Of a stretch of DNA of 58,660 bases, positions 8,470-18,946 are shown one piece after another (positions within the stretch are counted from its first letter, which is position 1; each line of letters starts with the position of its first letter). The notes beneath the pieces are model-generated. The model ran no database searches. It saw only the letters and a program-made list of their open reading frames with translations, and was not told the DNA's origin. Both the position numbers and the translations under genes were made by a program. Origin of the DNA: a virus (lineage: Duplodnaviria > Caudoviricetes); IMG/VR virus record IMGVR_UViG_3300047275_000458, positions 1 to 58,660 of that record. One strand, written 5' to 3'.

Positions 8470-9125
8470 ATACAGGCCTTACCGTTGGCTACGAAGATTT
8501 TTTACCGGAAGTTGTGCAATACGTACCGGATGTTCCGGAATTTATTGCTATTAATGCTATTCGCAACTCTTGTATTGAGTTTTGTGAGAAAAGCCGGTAT
8601 TTACAGACTGACTTAACGCCGGTTGATCTGGTAGCAAATCAGGCTATGTACACAGTTATTGTGCCACCTGATACTAAATTTGTAGATATCGTTGAAGCAT
8701 ATGCTAACGATGTTTTACTAATTCCCAAGTCAAGTGAAGAGTTGTCGCGTATTTATCGTTACACAGACTGGCGTTCTGTTGAAGGTCAGCCGATGTATGT
8801 TACTCGAGAAGTTTATACTTCTGTGCAACTTGTACCATTTTTAACGTCTGTTACTGCTGGGCAACAGTTATCTATGCGTATTTCGTACGCGCCTACGCGG
8901 GATTCTTCTGAAATTTCAGAAGATATCTACGAACAGTTTCTAGAATATATTTCGTTTGGTGCACGTTATCGTCTGTATTCTACTCCCAAGCAGCCGTACT
9001 ACGATCGCGGGATGGCAATGGAGTATCTCCGGTTATTCCGGGCTGGTATTAACGAAGCCCGAGTTCGTGTCAACAAAGGTCTGTCGCGTACGTCAGGCCG
9101 TATCGAATATCAGAGGTTCGTATGA
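8466..9125 (+). CDS. Second adaptor-like virion protein
   Basis: AIR..CIEFC motif; coupled to the previous gene. Confidence 0.6.
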   Translation: MNTGLTVGYEDFLPEVVQYVPDVPEFIAINAIRNSCIEFCEKSRYLQTDLTPVDLVANQAMYTVIVPPDTKFVDIVEAYANDVLLIPKSSEELSRIYRYTDWRSVEGQPMYVTREVYTSVQLVPFLTSVTAGQQLSMRISYAPTRDSSEISEDIYEQFLEYISFGARYRLYSTPKQPYYDRGMAMEYLRLFRAGINEARVRVNKGLSRTSGRIEYQRFV

Positions 9126-9451
9126 GTATTATTCGCCTAGTTCAAAACGACAATCTTCCGCAGGTTACGCTGACTATTATTGATAAAGCAACCGGCGATG
9201 CAATTGATCTGTCTAATCCCACCACTACCGTGCAAGTTAAGTTTCGAGCTACGGGGGGCACTACAGTTTTGCACACTCTTCCCTGTTCAAAACCAAATGG
9301 CGGTGGAGATGGCGTTGTAACTTTTTCTTTCCCTGCAAACACTCTTGACGTGGCAGAGGGCACATACGAAGGCGAAATTGAAATTAGTTTCAATAACGTT
9401 ATCCAAACTATTTTTGACGTTCTTCAGTTCTATGTAAGAGCCGAGTTCTAA
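9122..9451 (+). CDS. BppU N-terminal-like baseplate/Ig-like protein
   Basis: I.LVQND..P, AIDLS, G.YEGEIEI.F, F.VRAEF pattern. Confidence 0.6.
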   Translation: MSIIRLVQNDNLPQVTLTIIDKATGDAIDLSNPTTTVQVKFRATGGTTVLHTLPCSKPNGGGDGVVTFSFPANTLDVAEGTYEGEIEISFNNVIQTIFDVLQFYVRAEF

Positions 9452-9452
9452 A

Positions 9453-10352
9453 ATGGGTTTCCCAGTAATACCTACAACAGCCGTTGTAGCCCAAGTTACA
9501 TATGTTGATGCAGGTTATGTTGTTGTATATGACGCAGTAGCGGAAGTTCACGTTGTTCAAGTAGGGTATTTGGCAGAGTATCAAAACCTTACAATTAAAG
9601 CCGCTAGCGTTATCTTCCCGACCCGTTTTGTTGCCGACGTGGTTAACCCGTTGGACGGCACCGTTTTGTCCACAACCAAAGTTCTGGACGATACCCCAGT
9701 CTTACAAGAATTTGTTGGAATTGATTTTGACAAGCCGTTAACTGACTCGTTCTCAATGATCGATCAGGTTGATATCGCATACGATATTGGCAAAGTTTTA
9801 GCAGACACCTATACGACCCTTGACGCTACTACTGTAACTTCGGGTAAAGGTGTAACAGACTCCGTGTTTATGATTGACAACATGGATGGGGATATTGAAT
9901 TTGCCCTGATTAAAACTCTCTCGGAATTACAGTTTGTAACAGACTCATTAATTGCTATTGTTGGTAAACAAATCACAGATACCTTTACCGGCATCGACAC
10001 CGCGTCGCTTACCCTGGGCAAAAACTTTACTGAATCTGTAACAGAATCTGATTCTTCTGTTATTGACTTCGGAAAAAATTCAACGGACAGTGTTGCGCTG
10101 CAAGAGGTTTTAGTTGCTGTTTTAGGTAAGTCTTTTGCGGATTCTTTCACCGGGATTGATACTACGGCATATGCGTTTGCTAAAGTTTTGGCAGATATTT
10201 CAACCATATCTGATCAATCAACGATTGCTTCCTCTTTACAAAAGGCTGATAATGCTGTATTAGATGATGCGGGACTCCTTGTAATGCAGGACTACTGCGA
10301 CATTACATACTTTTTAGAGGATTACGTAGGGCAGTCTCGAACTTTTACATAA
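9453..10352 (+). CDS. Virion fibre protein with ~18-aa GK...D.....D repeats
   Basis: Recurring GKxxxDSxxxxD units. Confidence 0.6.
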   Translation: MGFPVIPTTAVVAQVTYVDAGYVVVYDAVAEVHVVQVGYLAEYQNLTIKAASVIFPTRFVADVVNPLDGTVLSTTKVLDDTPVLQEFVGIDFDKPLTDSFSMIDQVDIAYDIGKVLADTYTTLDATTVTSGKGVTDSVFMIDNMDGDIEFALIKTLSELQFVTDSLIAIVGKQITDTFTGIDTASLTLGKNFTESVTESDSSVIDFGKNSTDSVALQEVLVAVLGKSFADSFTGIDTTAYAFAKVLADISTISDQSTIASSLQKADNAVLDDAGLLVMQDYCDITYFLEDYVGQSRTFT

Positions 10353-10364
10353 GGAGTTTTTTGC

Positions 10365-10808
10365 ATGAATACACACGAAATAATTAAACCTACCGGCATG
10401 CTTCGGGTAGTTGTGATAGGTCCCGATGGGCAAGTCAAAACTGACGAGACATTTAAAAACTTGGTGGTCAACGTAGGTAAAGACTTTGTTGCCTCACGTA
10501 TGGTAGCGGCTAGCGCCACTGTAATGAGCCACATGGCAATTGGGTCTGGCACTACCGCTCCCGCTGCTGGTGATACTACGCTAGATAGTGAACTTGGTCG
10601 GGTAACTCTGGCTTCATCTTCTGCTGCAGGTGCAGTTGTTACTTACACGGCTTCATTCCCCGCTGGTACGGGTACGGGCGCAGTTACAGAAGCAGGAATC
10701 TTCAACGCTGGTGTTGCTGGTACGATGCTTTGCCGCACTGTATTTTCTGTGGTCAACAAAGGGGCTAACGACTCTATGAGCGTTACCTGGACCGTAACGG
10801 TGTCGTAA
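10365..10808 (+). CDS. Virion structural protein
   Basis: NLVV..GK, HMAIGSG, TEAGIF, SVTWTV motifs typical of tail-associated proteins. Confidence 0.65.
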   Translation: MNTHEIIKPTGMLRVVVIGPDGQVKTDETFKNLVVNVGKDFVASRMVAASATVMSHMAIGSGTTAPAAGDTTLDSELGRVTLASSSAAGAVVTYTASFPAGTGTGAVTEAGIFNAGVAGTMLCRTVFSVVNKGANDSMSVTWTVTVS

Positions 10809-11026
10809 TGGCAGTAATTGTTACCCGCGCAGGTAAGGGTTCACCCCTTACCAACAACGAAGTTGATTCAAACTTTACCAACTTAAATACGGCGAAGATT
10901 GAGTTAACTGGTGCTCCGGCAAACGGTGATGTACCGTCGTGGAACGCGGGAACAAGCACCTGGGTTCCAACGGCTATTGCAGATCCCACCGCTACGGCAA
11001 TTGCCATGGCGATTGCGCTAGGATAA
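10808..11026 (+). CDS. Short tail-fibre anchor protein
   Basis: TR..KGSPLT..EVD.NF.NLN N-terminus; ends AIAMAIALG. Confidence 0.65.
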   Translation: MAVIVTRAGKGSPLTNNEVDSNFTNLNTAKIELTGAPANGDVPSWNAGTSTWVPTAIADPTATAIAMAIALG

Positions 11027-11030
11027 AACT

Positions 11031-11351
11031 ATGGCAAATACTTTTAAAAATTATGCATCCCAGGCGGTAGGAACATCTCCGGTCACAATTGTAACGGCCA
11101 GCACTTCAACAACCGTAATTGGATTAACAGTTGCAAATATTGTGGCAAGTACAATCACCACAAGTATTACTGTTACTAGTGGAGCAACAACATACTACTT
11201 AGTCAAAGATGCTGTTGTTCCGGTTGGGGGGGCTCTTGTGCCAATTGGCGGAGATCAAAAACTAGTCCTAGAAACTGGAGACTTATTGCGAGTAACAACA
11301 TCAGTGGCGTCTTCTGCTGACGTTATTTGTTCCGTATTGGAGATTTCTTAA
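11031..11351 (+). CDS. Tail-fibre adaptor (paralogue-like to 14418-14771)
   Basis: MANTFKN start, K.VLE.GD.L.V motif, ends EIS*. Confidence 0.7.
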   Translation: MANTFKNYASQAVGTSPVTIVTASTSTTVIGLTVANIVASTITTSITVTSGATTYYLVKDAVVPVGGALVPIGGDQKLVLETGDLLRVTTSVASSADVICSVLEIS

Positions 11352-14041
11352 TGCCGTACATTGGTGCTCCCGCCGCTCCGCAATTTGCTTCGTTAGCCCC
11401 AGGAAGTGTTGAAACTTCTGATATACAAAACGGAGCAGTAACTCAAGTCAAATTAGATCCAAGCATCAGTCTTGGTGTTCGAGTTTCTAGTGTTGCATAT
11501 CCGGGAGATGACACCGCAGCCGATCCGGCAGGTGGACAGACGATTACAATTACTGGTGCTGGATTTGCTGCAACGCCCACAGTCTATATAGATAATACTA
11601 TTGCACCGTCAGTTAGTTTTGTTTCATCTACGCAAATTACTTTTACAACCCCCGCAAAAACTGCCGGAACCTATAACTTGTTTGTTATTAACCCGGATGG
11701 ATCAACAGCGATCCATGTTATGGGTATTTCGTATTCAGGCACGCCTACGTGGACAACTCCTGCCGGTAGCCTTGGTACCCAAAATGCAGCAGCTATTTCT
11801 GTTCAACTAATTGCTACAGGCGATACACCGCTTGTTTATAGTCTGACTTCTGGTTCAACTTTACCTGCTGGTGTGACGCTTTCCTCTAGCGGGTTAATTT
11901 CTGGCACGCTTGGAACTGCGCAAACGTTTAGCTTTTCAGTAGATGTAACTGATCCTCAGTACCAAACCACTCCTCGTTCGTTTTCTCTTACTGTAAGTGT
12001 TGGTGAACCTTATTTTCAGTATGTTACATTATTGTTAAGTGGAAATCAGCCAAGTGGAGTTACGGATACCGACAATAAGACGTTTAAGGACTCCTCGGCC
12101 AACAACTTCACCATTTCCCGCGCCGGTAATACCACGCAAGGCACGTTTACGCCGTTCTCTAAGGTCAATGGTCGGTGGGGCACTTCTTTTAGCGGAAGTG
12201 GGCAGGGTTTTAGCAGAGCAAGTGCAGACAGCAATTTTTCTACTATTGATGGTGATTGGACATGGGAGGGATGGGTTAATGTTCCAGCCCTTAATGACAC
12301 AAAATCAACTTTGATTTCTATAGGCGTTGGGGGCAGTGCAATTAGTTATACTATTGACGTTGGGACCGCTCTTGGAAAAATTGGGTTTAATGCTGGATCT
12401 GGCTCATGGGGCTGGAGCGGTAATTATGCTTCAAACAGTAATGTTATTATTGCTGGGCAATGGAATCACTTTGCAATAGTTCGCTCTGGGACAACACTTT
12501 ATTTCTTTGCTAATGGAGCTGCGGCAGGTTCTGTCTCTTCAGCAAGTTTTGGTGCAGGTATTTGGGGCACTCTATATGTCTGTAGTTATTTTGCAGACCA
12601 CAACGGAAGTGGAGCATATTTTGCCGGAACTGTTTCAAATCTACGATTTGTTAAAGGAACTGCTTTATATTCTGGTTCAACATATACAGTTCCAACTTCG
12701 CCATTAACAGCGATTACAAATACCAAATTTTTAGTTTTTCAATCAAATAGATTTGTTGATAACTCGTCAAACGCCTACACACTTTCTATTACTGGTGCGC
12801 CTCAGGTAACAACTTTTTCTCCTTTTCCAACACTGTTAGCTTACTCCGCTGGCACGAATGGCGGTAGTGCCTACTTTGATGGCAGCGGGGATTATTTGCT
12901 TGCCGCAAGTAACGCAGCGTTTGCTTTTGGCACAGGGGACTTTACCTTTGAAACTTTTGCTTATTACAACTCATTAGCTCAAGCAGATGCCGCTGCAATA
13001 TTAAACTGGGATGGTGTTACCTGGGCGGCAAACAAGTGGTCATTACATCTAAATCATGTAAGCGCCTCAAATAAAGTTACGTTCTTTGTAAATAACATAA
13101 ATTCTAATGCCGCAATTCTAACAAGCACAACAACAATGACAGTTGGGCAGTGGTACCACATCGCTGTTAGCAGAAGCGGAAGTACGTTTAGGTTGTTCAT
13201 CAACGGCGTTCTAGAATCAACGTCAACAAGTAGCGCAAGTTTAGATGGTGGAAACAACTCGCCCATTTATGTTGGAGGCGGCACCAGCGCTGGAAATACT
13301 CAATGGTTCAATGGTTATTTATCCAGCCCAAGATTGGTAAAAGGAACCGCAGTCTATACCGCTGCGTTTACGCCACCTACTGCGCCACTTACTGCCATCA
13401 CCAACACCTCACTTCTGCTGAATTACACCAACGGTGCAATTATCGATAGTTCTATGGCTAATGACCTGGAGACTGCTGGTAACGCACAGATTAGCACCAC
13501 GCAGAGCAAGTGGGGTGGTGCGTCTATGTACTTTGATGGTACTGGGGATTACTTATTAGCACGAAGAACTCCAGATTGGACTCTTTCTGGAGACTTTACA
13601 ATTGAGTTTTGGCTGTACTACACGGCCCATGGGAATTACGGCGGCCTTGTCTCTTGTGCAAACTCCGATACAAATAATGCACCAACTGCTGGATGGTGTG
13701 TTGTATTTTATTCAACCACAGACAAATTATATTTTGAAGCGCAGGGTGGTGTAGGAATACAAACCACAAATACAATACCAACATCTCAATGGAACCATAT
13801 CGCAGTAGTTCGTTCTGGTTCAACAATAACTCACTACTTAAATGGAACATCAAATGGTAGCGGAACCTCTTCTGCAACTTACACGCCGGGAACAACAGAC
13901 CCATTAGTAATTGGTAGTAATCGTGGGTTTAACTCAACAGTCACGGGCTACATTGACGACCTTCGCATCACCAAAGGCTACGCCCGTTACACAGCCAACT
14001 TCACCCCGCCCACTGGGCCATTTATTGGTAACGGAGTTTAA
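11351..14041 (+). CDS. Receptor-binding/tail protein: IPT/TIG and Ig domains plus three LamG/ConA-like domains
   Basis: TAATG coupling at 11351; three repeats of DF/WT.E.. / W.H.A..RSG.T / RF.KG.A.Y. Confidence 0.8.
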   Translation: MPYIGAPAAPQFASLAPGSVETSDIQNGAVTQVKLDPSISLGVRVSSVAYPGDDTAADPAGGQTITITGAGFAATPTVYIDNTIAPSVSFVSSTQITFTTPAKTAGTYNLFVINPDGSTAIHVMGISYSGTPTWTTPAGSLGTQNAAAISVQLIATGDTPLVYSLTSGSTLPAGVTLSSSGLISGTLGTAQTFSFSVDVTDPQYQTTPRSFSLTVSVGEPYFQYVTLLLSGNQPSGVTDTDNKTFKDSSANNFTISRAGNTTQGTFTPFSKVNGRWGTSFSGSGQGFSRASADSNFSTIDGDWTWEGWVNVPALNDTKSTLISIGVGGSAISYTIDVGTALGKIGFNAGSGSWGWSGNYASNSNVIIAGQWNHFAIVRSGTTLYFFANGAAAGSVSSASFGAGIWGTLYVCSYFADHNGSGAYFAGTVSNLRFVKGTALYSGSTYTVPTSPLTAITNTKFLVFQSNRFVDNSSNAYTLSITGAPQVTTFSPFPTLLAYSAGTNGGSAYFDGSGDYLLAASNAAFAFGTGDFTFETFAYYNSLAQADAAAILNWDGVTWAANKWSLHLNHVSASNKVTFFVNNINSNAAILTSTTTMTVGQWYHIAVSRSGSTFRLFINGVLESTSTSSASLDGGNNSPIYVGGGTSAGNTQWFNGYLSSPRLVKGTAVYTAAFTPPTAPLTAITNTSLLLNYTNGAIIDSSMANDLETAGNAQISTTQSKWGGASMYFDGTGDYLLARRTPDWTLSGDFTIEFWLYYTAHGNYGGLVSCANSDTNNAPTAGWCVVFYSTTDKLYFEAQGGVGIQTTNTIPTSQWNHIAVVRSGSTITHYLNGTSNGSGTSSATYTPGTTDPLVIGSNRGFNSTVTGYIDDLRITKGYARYTANFTPPTGPFIGNGV

Positions 14042-14043
14042 TT

Positions 14044-14415
14044 ATGAGTTATATAGGCATTCCTCCGTTTGGGCAAACTGTTAGAACAGTTACTACTGCT
14101 ACAGCGACGGCTGGACAGACAATATTTAATATTACTGGTGGGTATATTGTTGGGTACGTAGATGTATTTTTAAACGGGGTTTTGTTAGCCCCTAGTGACT
14201 ATACCGCCTCGGACGGACTTACGGTTGTTTTAAATACGGGTGCTGCCCTAAATGATCAATTTGAAGCCTTGTCATATCAAACTTTGTCGTTTACAGAAGC
14301 CCTACAATCTTTTAATAATTTGTCTGATGTAGCAAACGCAACAACTGCCCTTAACAATCTTGGCGGGGCGTCAACAGGTAAAGCCATCGCAATGGCAATC
14401 GTCTTCGGAGGTTAA
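14044..14415 (+). CDS. Tail-fibre anchor protein
   Basis: MSYIG..P, ATAGQT.F, DVFLNGV, NNLSDV; ends GKAIAMAIVFGG. Confidence 0.7.
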   Translation: MSYIGIPPFGQTVRTVTTATATAGQTIFNITGGYIVGYVDVFLNGVLLAPSDYTASDGLTVVLNTGAALNDQFEALSYQTLSFTEALQSFNNLSDVANATTALNNLGGASTGKAIAMAIVFGG

Positions 14416-14417
14416 AA

Positions 14418-14771
14418 ATGGCAGCACCTAATATAGTAAACGTCAGTGTTATTACCGGTAAAACAGCGGTTCAGGCCGTTGCAACTTCTGCTACTGCAAT
14501 TGTTACAAACAGTGCAGCAAGCGGCAAAGTATTCAAGGTAAACGCTCTGTATGTTAGCAACGTAGATGGCGTAAGCAACGCAGATGTGACCGTTGACTTG
14601 TATCGATCATCAACCGCATATCATATTGCTAAAACTGTAACCGTTCCAGCAGACGCAACGATTGACGTGATGACAAAAGCAATCTACCTGGAAGAAGGTG
14701 ACTCACTTCGTTTAACAGCATCTGTCGCAAGCGATATTGAAGCTGTATGCTCTTACGAGGAGATTTCTTAA
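14418..14771 (+). CDS. Tail-fibre adaptor
   Basis: MAAPNIVNV..I.GKT, YLEEGDSL, CSYEEIS*. Confidence 0.7.
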   Translation: MAAPNIVNVSVITGKTAVQAVATSATAIVTNSAASGKVFKVNALYVSNVDGVSNADVTVDLYRSSTAYHIAKTVTVPADATIDVMTKAIYLEEGDSLRLTASVASDIEAVCSYEEIS

Positions 14772-16469
14772 ATGCCTTATCCAACCGTAGACGGCGCTAA
14801 TGGGATTTGGAGTCTTAACCAGATTCGTAATGCCATTATGGGTAATCAATGGCCTTTGCAGTCTTTAACGGTCATTGAGACTTTTAGTTCAGGAACAACT
14901 ACATGGACTTGCCCAACAGGCGTGACGTTTGTTGAGTATCTTGTTGTCGCTGGCGGTGGCGGTGCAGGCTCAGATATTGGCGGTGCAGGTGGCGCCGGGG
15001 GCTTTAGAACTGGAACCGGGTTTCCAGTAACTGCTGGCACTCCTTACACAGTTACAGTTGGCGCTGGTGGTGCTGGAGGTGCTGGTGGTTCGTCATTATC
15101 CGGTGTAGCAGGTAGTGATTCTGTATTTTCAACCATCACATCCACTGGTGGTGGTTTAGGCGGGGCAGGCGGTGCATCATCTGCTCCCGGTGGAAACGGT
15201 GGTTCCGGTGGCGGCGGTGGTGGTTATAGAAGTACTCCAACAATTTCTGGTGGTTCTGGTAACACCCCTTCCGTTTCTCCGTCTCAAGGTAATAATGGTG
15301 CTGGCGGAGTTGGAAATGGGTCTACCACAGGTGCGGCTGGTGGAGGCGGTGGAGCATCTGCGGTTGGTACAGCGGGAGTTTTATCACCTGCGATTGTTGG
15401 CGGTAACGGCGGAAACGGAACAGCCTCAGCAATTAATACAGTTTCCACTTTTTACGCAGGTGGCGGAGGTGGTGGTTCATATTTTGGAACTGCTGGTTCT
15501 GGTGGTGCAGGTGGTGGTGGTAATGGTAAAAATGCAAATGCTTCTCCCGGTGTTGCTGGTGATAACGGCGCTGCTAACACGGGTGGTGGTGCAGGTGGTG
15601 GTTCTGCTTTTTTCGGTGCTGGTGGCACAGGCGGCTCAGGTATTGTCATTATTCGCTATCAAATCCCAGCGTCTTATGTTTTAACCTTTGCCACATCAGG
15701 TACATGGGTCTGCCCACAGGGTATTACTTCTGTTGACTATTTAGTAGTGGCTGGCGGTGGGGGTGGCGGTGGAAACTATGGTGGTGGCGGTGCTGGTGGA
15801 TTTAGGACTGGAACAGCATTGAGTGTAACGCCACAAACACGATATACCATTACTGTTGGTAGCGGCGGCGCTGGAGGCGCATCTGGAACGACAAAAGGAT
15901 CTAATGGAACCGACTCTGTTTTCAGTAGCGTAACGTCAACTGGTGGTGGAGGCGGTGGCGCAACATCAAATAATACTGGGTTAAATGGTGGCTCCGGTGG
16001 CGGCGGTGGTGGTTCAAATGCTGCTGGAGGTTCTGGAAACACCCCATCAACCACCCCTTCGCAGGGTAATAATGGCGGAAGCGGTAATTCAGATCTCGTT
16101 AATTATACCAATGGTGGTGGGGGTGGTGGGGCATCTGCGGTAGGTGTAAACGCAACATCTGCTAGCGCAGGGAATGGCGGTGCTGGCACTTCTTCATCAA
16201 TCTCTGGCTCATCTGTAACCTATTCTGGCGGCGGTGGCGGTGGTGTTGATACCGATAGCCTTTTTAACCCAAAGAAAATAATTGGCACAGGCGGCGCTGG
16301 TGGCGGTGGTACTGGTGGTAGAGGAAATGCCGGTGGCGGCACAGGCCAAAATGCTACGAACGGAACCGCAAATACTGGCGGAGGAGGTGGCGGTGGTGCT
16401 GTTGCTTATGGTTCATACACCGCAGGCGCTGGCGGTTCCGGTATCGTAATTCTTAAACTTAATCCATAA
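14772..16469 (+). CDS. Glycine-rich tail appendage protein with two tandem Gly-rich domains
   Basis: Two copies of TW.CP.G.T.V.YLVVAGGGG ... GGSGIVI. Confidence 0.8.
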   Translation: MPYPTVDGANGIWSLNQIRNAIMGNQWPLQSLTVIETFSSGTTTWTCPTGVTFVEYLVVAGGGGAGSDIGGAGGAGGFRTGTGFPVTAGTPYTVTVGAGGAGGAGGSSLSGVAGSDSVFSTITSTGGGLGGAGGASSAPGGNGGSGGGGGGYRSTPTISGGSGNTPSVSPSQGNNGAGGVGNGSTTGAAGGGGGASAVGTAGVLSPAIVGGNGGNGTASAINTVSTFYAGGGGGGSYFGTAGSGGAGGGGNGKNANASPGVAGDNGAANTGGGAGGGSAFFGAGGTGGSGIVIIRYQIPASYVLTFATSGTWVCPQGITSVDYLVVAGGGGGGGNYGGGGAGGFRTGTALSVTPQTRYTITVGSGGAGGASGTTKGSNGTDSVFSSVTSTGGGGGGATSNNTGLNGGSGGGGGGSNAAGGSGNTPSTTPSQGNNGGSGNSDLVNYTNGGGGGGASAVGVNATSASAGNGGAGTSSSISGSSVTYSGGGGGGVDTDSLFNPKKIIGTGGAGGGGTGGRGNAGGGTGQNATNGTANTGGGGGGGAVAYGSYTAGAGGSGIVILKLNP

Positions 16470-16472
16470 ACT

Positions 16473-16751
16473 ATGACTACAAAAATATACCGTTTATATG
16501 GGGTTGACATGGCGATGCACTTGTTGCGTCCCGGTGCCAAATGGGAAATTAGTAACTCACACTTTACCCGGTGGGAAGACCCACGCCCATGCCCAACATG
16601 GCAAGAAGTCTTAGATACGATGGAGAAGATCAAGGCGTTTGAAGACTCCATCAATACGATATGGTTGCCAGAACAGATTGAAGCGATGTCTGGTCAGGCC
16701 AAGATTCAACAGCAGGTAGATCAAATTATTGAAGAGCAGAAGGCTGCGTAA
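16473..16751 (+). CDS. XkdW-like tail fibre chaperone
   Basis: A...LRPGA.W, W.D.RP.PT..E pattern. Confidence 0.55.
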   Translation: MTTKIYRLYGVDMAMHLLRPGAKWEISNSHFTRWEDPRPCPTWQEVLDTMEKIKAFEDSINTIWLPEQIEAMSGQAKIQQQVDQIIEEQKAA

Positions 16752-16761
16752 AGGGAAACAT

Positions 16762-17133
16762 ATGGCACATTTCGCTGAACTTGATCAAAACAACGTCGTG
16801 CTACGGGTAATCGTAGTTGACAATAGAGATACCTCAACCCCCGATGGTACCGAAGTAGAGTCCATCGGAGTGGCTTTCTGCCAGCGCTTATTCGGTGGAA
16901 ATTGGGTTAAGACCTCTTATAACGGCAATATCCGAAAGAACTATGCCGGTATTGGGCATACATATGATTCTGGAATAGATGCGTTCATACCGCCCAAGCC
17001 ATTCCCCTCATGGGTTCTAAATCAAACGACGGCTCAGTGGGAAGCGCCAGTTGCTATGCCAACCGACGGCAAAAAATATAGTTGGGATGAAGATGTAACA
17101 GATTGGGTTGAAATACCTACTAATGAGGAATAA
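16762..17133 (+). CDS. Tail fibre assembly-like protein
   Basis: MAHFAELD..NVV.RVIVV, RKNYAGIG..YD...DAFI.PKP..SW; SD supports ATG 16762. Confidence 0.75.
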   Translation: MAHFAELDQNNVVLRVIVVDNRDTSTPDGTEVESIGVAFCQRLFGGNWVKTSYNGNIRKNYAGIGHTYDSGIDAFIPPKPFPSWVLNQTTAQWEAPVAMPTDGKKYSWDEDVTDWVEIPTNEE

Positions 17134-17135
17134 AC

Positions 17136-18731
17136 ATGACAGTAAAATTTACCAATAACGCCTCAGGGACACTTGCTGCCTCCATTGGCAATAATCCAGC
17201 TACCGACACAACTATTACAGTGTCTGGTTCACAGGGAGCGCTTTTCCCAATTTTAGTAGCTGGCTCTGGCGATTATTTTTACGCTACTTTAGTTGATCCC
17301 GCCAACAATATAGAAATTGTTAAAGTTACAGCCCGTGTTGCAGACGTGATGACAGTCGTGCGTGGGCAAGATGGCACAGTTCCACGTACGTACAATGCTG
17401 GTGATCGGCTTGAACTTCGTCCGGTTGCTGCTGCGCTCAATGCTCTTATAACTTACACCCCTGCCGGTAATATTTCTGCTACAACAGTGCAGGGAGCGAT
17501 TAGCGAACTTGATACAGAGAAAGCCGGATTAGCCCTTAACAACACGCTTAGTGGCAATAACACGTTTAGTGGTAACAATTCTTTTAGCGGTACTAATACA
17601 TTTACTGGTATTAATAACGTTCCAACTGCTGCCCTTGGCACTGACACAACACAAGTTGCGTCTACAGCTTTTGTCCAAGATGCCGTTGATGCGCGAGTTC
17701 CTTCAGGTGTTCTCACGGTCGACAACACAAACAATCGTGTTGGTATCAATCAAGTTACGCCTACAGTAACTTTACATACCGTTGGAACAGATGCAGTAAT
17801 TTTGCCTGTAGGGACAACAGTACAACGTCCGGCAACTCCGGCTGTTGGCATGTTCCGTATGAATTCAACTACGGGCAATCCTGAGTGGTATGACACTGTT
17901 AATAGCGTCTGGGTTGAGTTTTCTAATTTGTCAAAAACTTACTGGGTAGAATATTTAATAGTTGGCGGCGGTGGTGCTGGCGGTGCTTATGCCTTTGGTG
18001 GCGGAGGTGGCGGAGGCGGAGTTGTTGCTGGTATGTTCCAAGTAAAAAGTGGAATTCAGTATTTTGCCATCGTCGGAGCGGGTGGCGCTGGCGGAAGTGG
18101 ATCATACAATAATGGACGTAACGGAGATCCATCAATATTTGCTAACATGGTCGCTGCAGGCGGCGGCGGTGGCGGTTCATTTGATTCTTCTACTTTTTAT
18201 ATTGGACTTGACGGCGGCTGCGGCGGCGGAAATAGTGGATACGGTAGTCCAGGTAATGCACGAACTTCTGTTGGTCGAGGGATGCAAGGATTCCATGGCG
18301 CACTTGGTGGTACATATGGTGGCGGAGGTGGAGGTGGAGCAGGCGAATCCGGTAGCCCTGGTGGAGGTCTTCTAGGTGGAGACGGTGGAGATGGACGTGT
18401 ATCTACAATTACGGGTTCCTCTGTCTATTACGCAGGCGGAGGCGGAGGCGGCGGATACAACGGCGGAGCCGGAGGTAATGGAGGTCTTGGTGGCGGTGGC
18501 GCTGGAGCTACTGCTAATACTAACAATGCTGTAAGTGGTGCGTCTAATACTGGCGGCGGCGGAGGCGGCGTGTCTAGTATTGCTGGTGGTCTTTCTGGTG
18601 CTGGTGGCTCAGGAATTATTATCCTTCGTTATTCTGGTGCGCAGCGAGGCTCTGGCGGTACAGTCAGTTCAGTCGGTGGAAATACGCTTCATACGTTTAC
18701 TACAGTTGGCTCTAACACATTTACAGCATAA
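17136..18731 (+). CDS. Tail fibre protein with a C-terminal Gly-rich domain
   Basis: FTNNA...LA, EIVKVT...RGQDGT N-terminus; LPVGTT.QRP; VEYLIVGGGG...GGSGIIILRY. Confidence 0.8.
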   Translation: MTVKFTNNASGTLAASIGNNPATDTTITVSGSQGALFPILVAGSGDYFYATLVDPANNIEIVKVTARVADVMTVVRGQDGTVPRTYNAGDRLELRPVAAALNALITYTPAGNISATTVQGAISELDTEKAGLALNNTLSGNNTFSGNNSFSGTNTFTGINNVPTAALGTDTTQVASTAFVQDAVDARVPSGVLTVDNTNNRVGINQVTPTVTLHTVGTDAVILPVGTTVQRPATPAVGMFRMNSTTGNPEWYDTVNSVWVEFSNLSKTYWVEYLIVGGGGAGGAYAFGGGGGGGGVVAGMFQVKSGIQYFAIVGAGGAGGSGSYNNGRNGDPSIFANMVAAGGGGGGSFDSSTFYIGLDGGCGGGNSGYGSPGNARTSVGRGMQGFHGALGGTYGGGGGGGAGESGSPGGGLLGGDGGDGRVSTITGSSVYYAGGGGGGGYNGGAGGNGGLGGGGAGATANTNNAVSGASNTGGGGGGVSSIAGGLSGAGGSGIIILRYSGAQRGSGGTVSSVGGNTLHTFTTVGSNTFTA

Positions 18732-18740
18732 GGATTGAGT

Positions 18741-18935
18741 ATGGCACGACAACCCTACGGCGGATTGACCGAAGAAGAAATTGAAGCCATTGCTGAAAAA
18801 GCAGCCGAAAAGGCCGTTGAACGGTTTTACTTAGAAATTGGCAAGGCTACTGTTAAAAAAGCCACAATGGTAATTGGCGCGGCCGTTGTATTTTTATTAA
18901 TTTGGATGGGAAGTAACGGGCATATGCCCAAATAA
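18741..18935 (+). CDS. Small single-TM protein (lysis-region accessory)
   Basis: AAGGA SD; C-terminal hydrophobic helix. Confidence 0.6.
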   Translation: MARQPYGGLTEEEIEAIAEKAAEKAVERFYLEIGKATVKKATMVIGAAVVFLLIWMGSNGHMPK

Positions 18936-18946
18936 GGGAGTTACAC

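Noticed and set aside
12039-12314. Arg/Pro-rich +1 ORF in the LamG gene
   Set aside because: Short GC-richer patch at a domain boundary with no SD; more likely mosaic recombination
15172-15684. 170-aa Val-rich alternative ORF (and similar ORFs at 17551, 18049, 18535)
   Set aside because: Automatic consequence of GGT/GGC glycine runs
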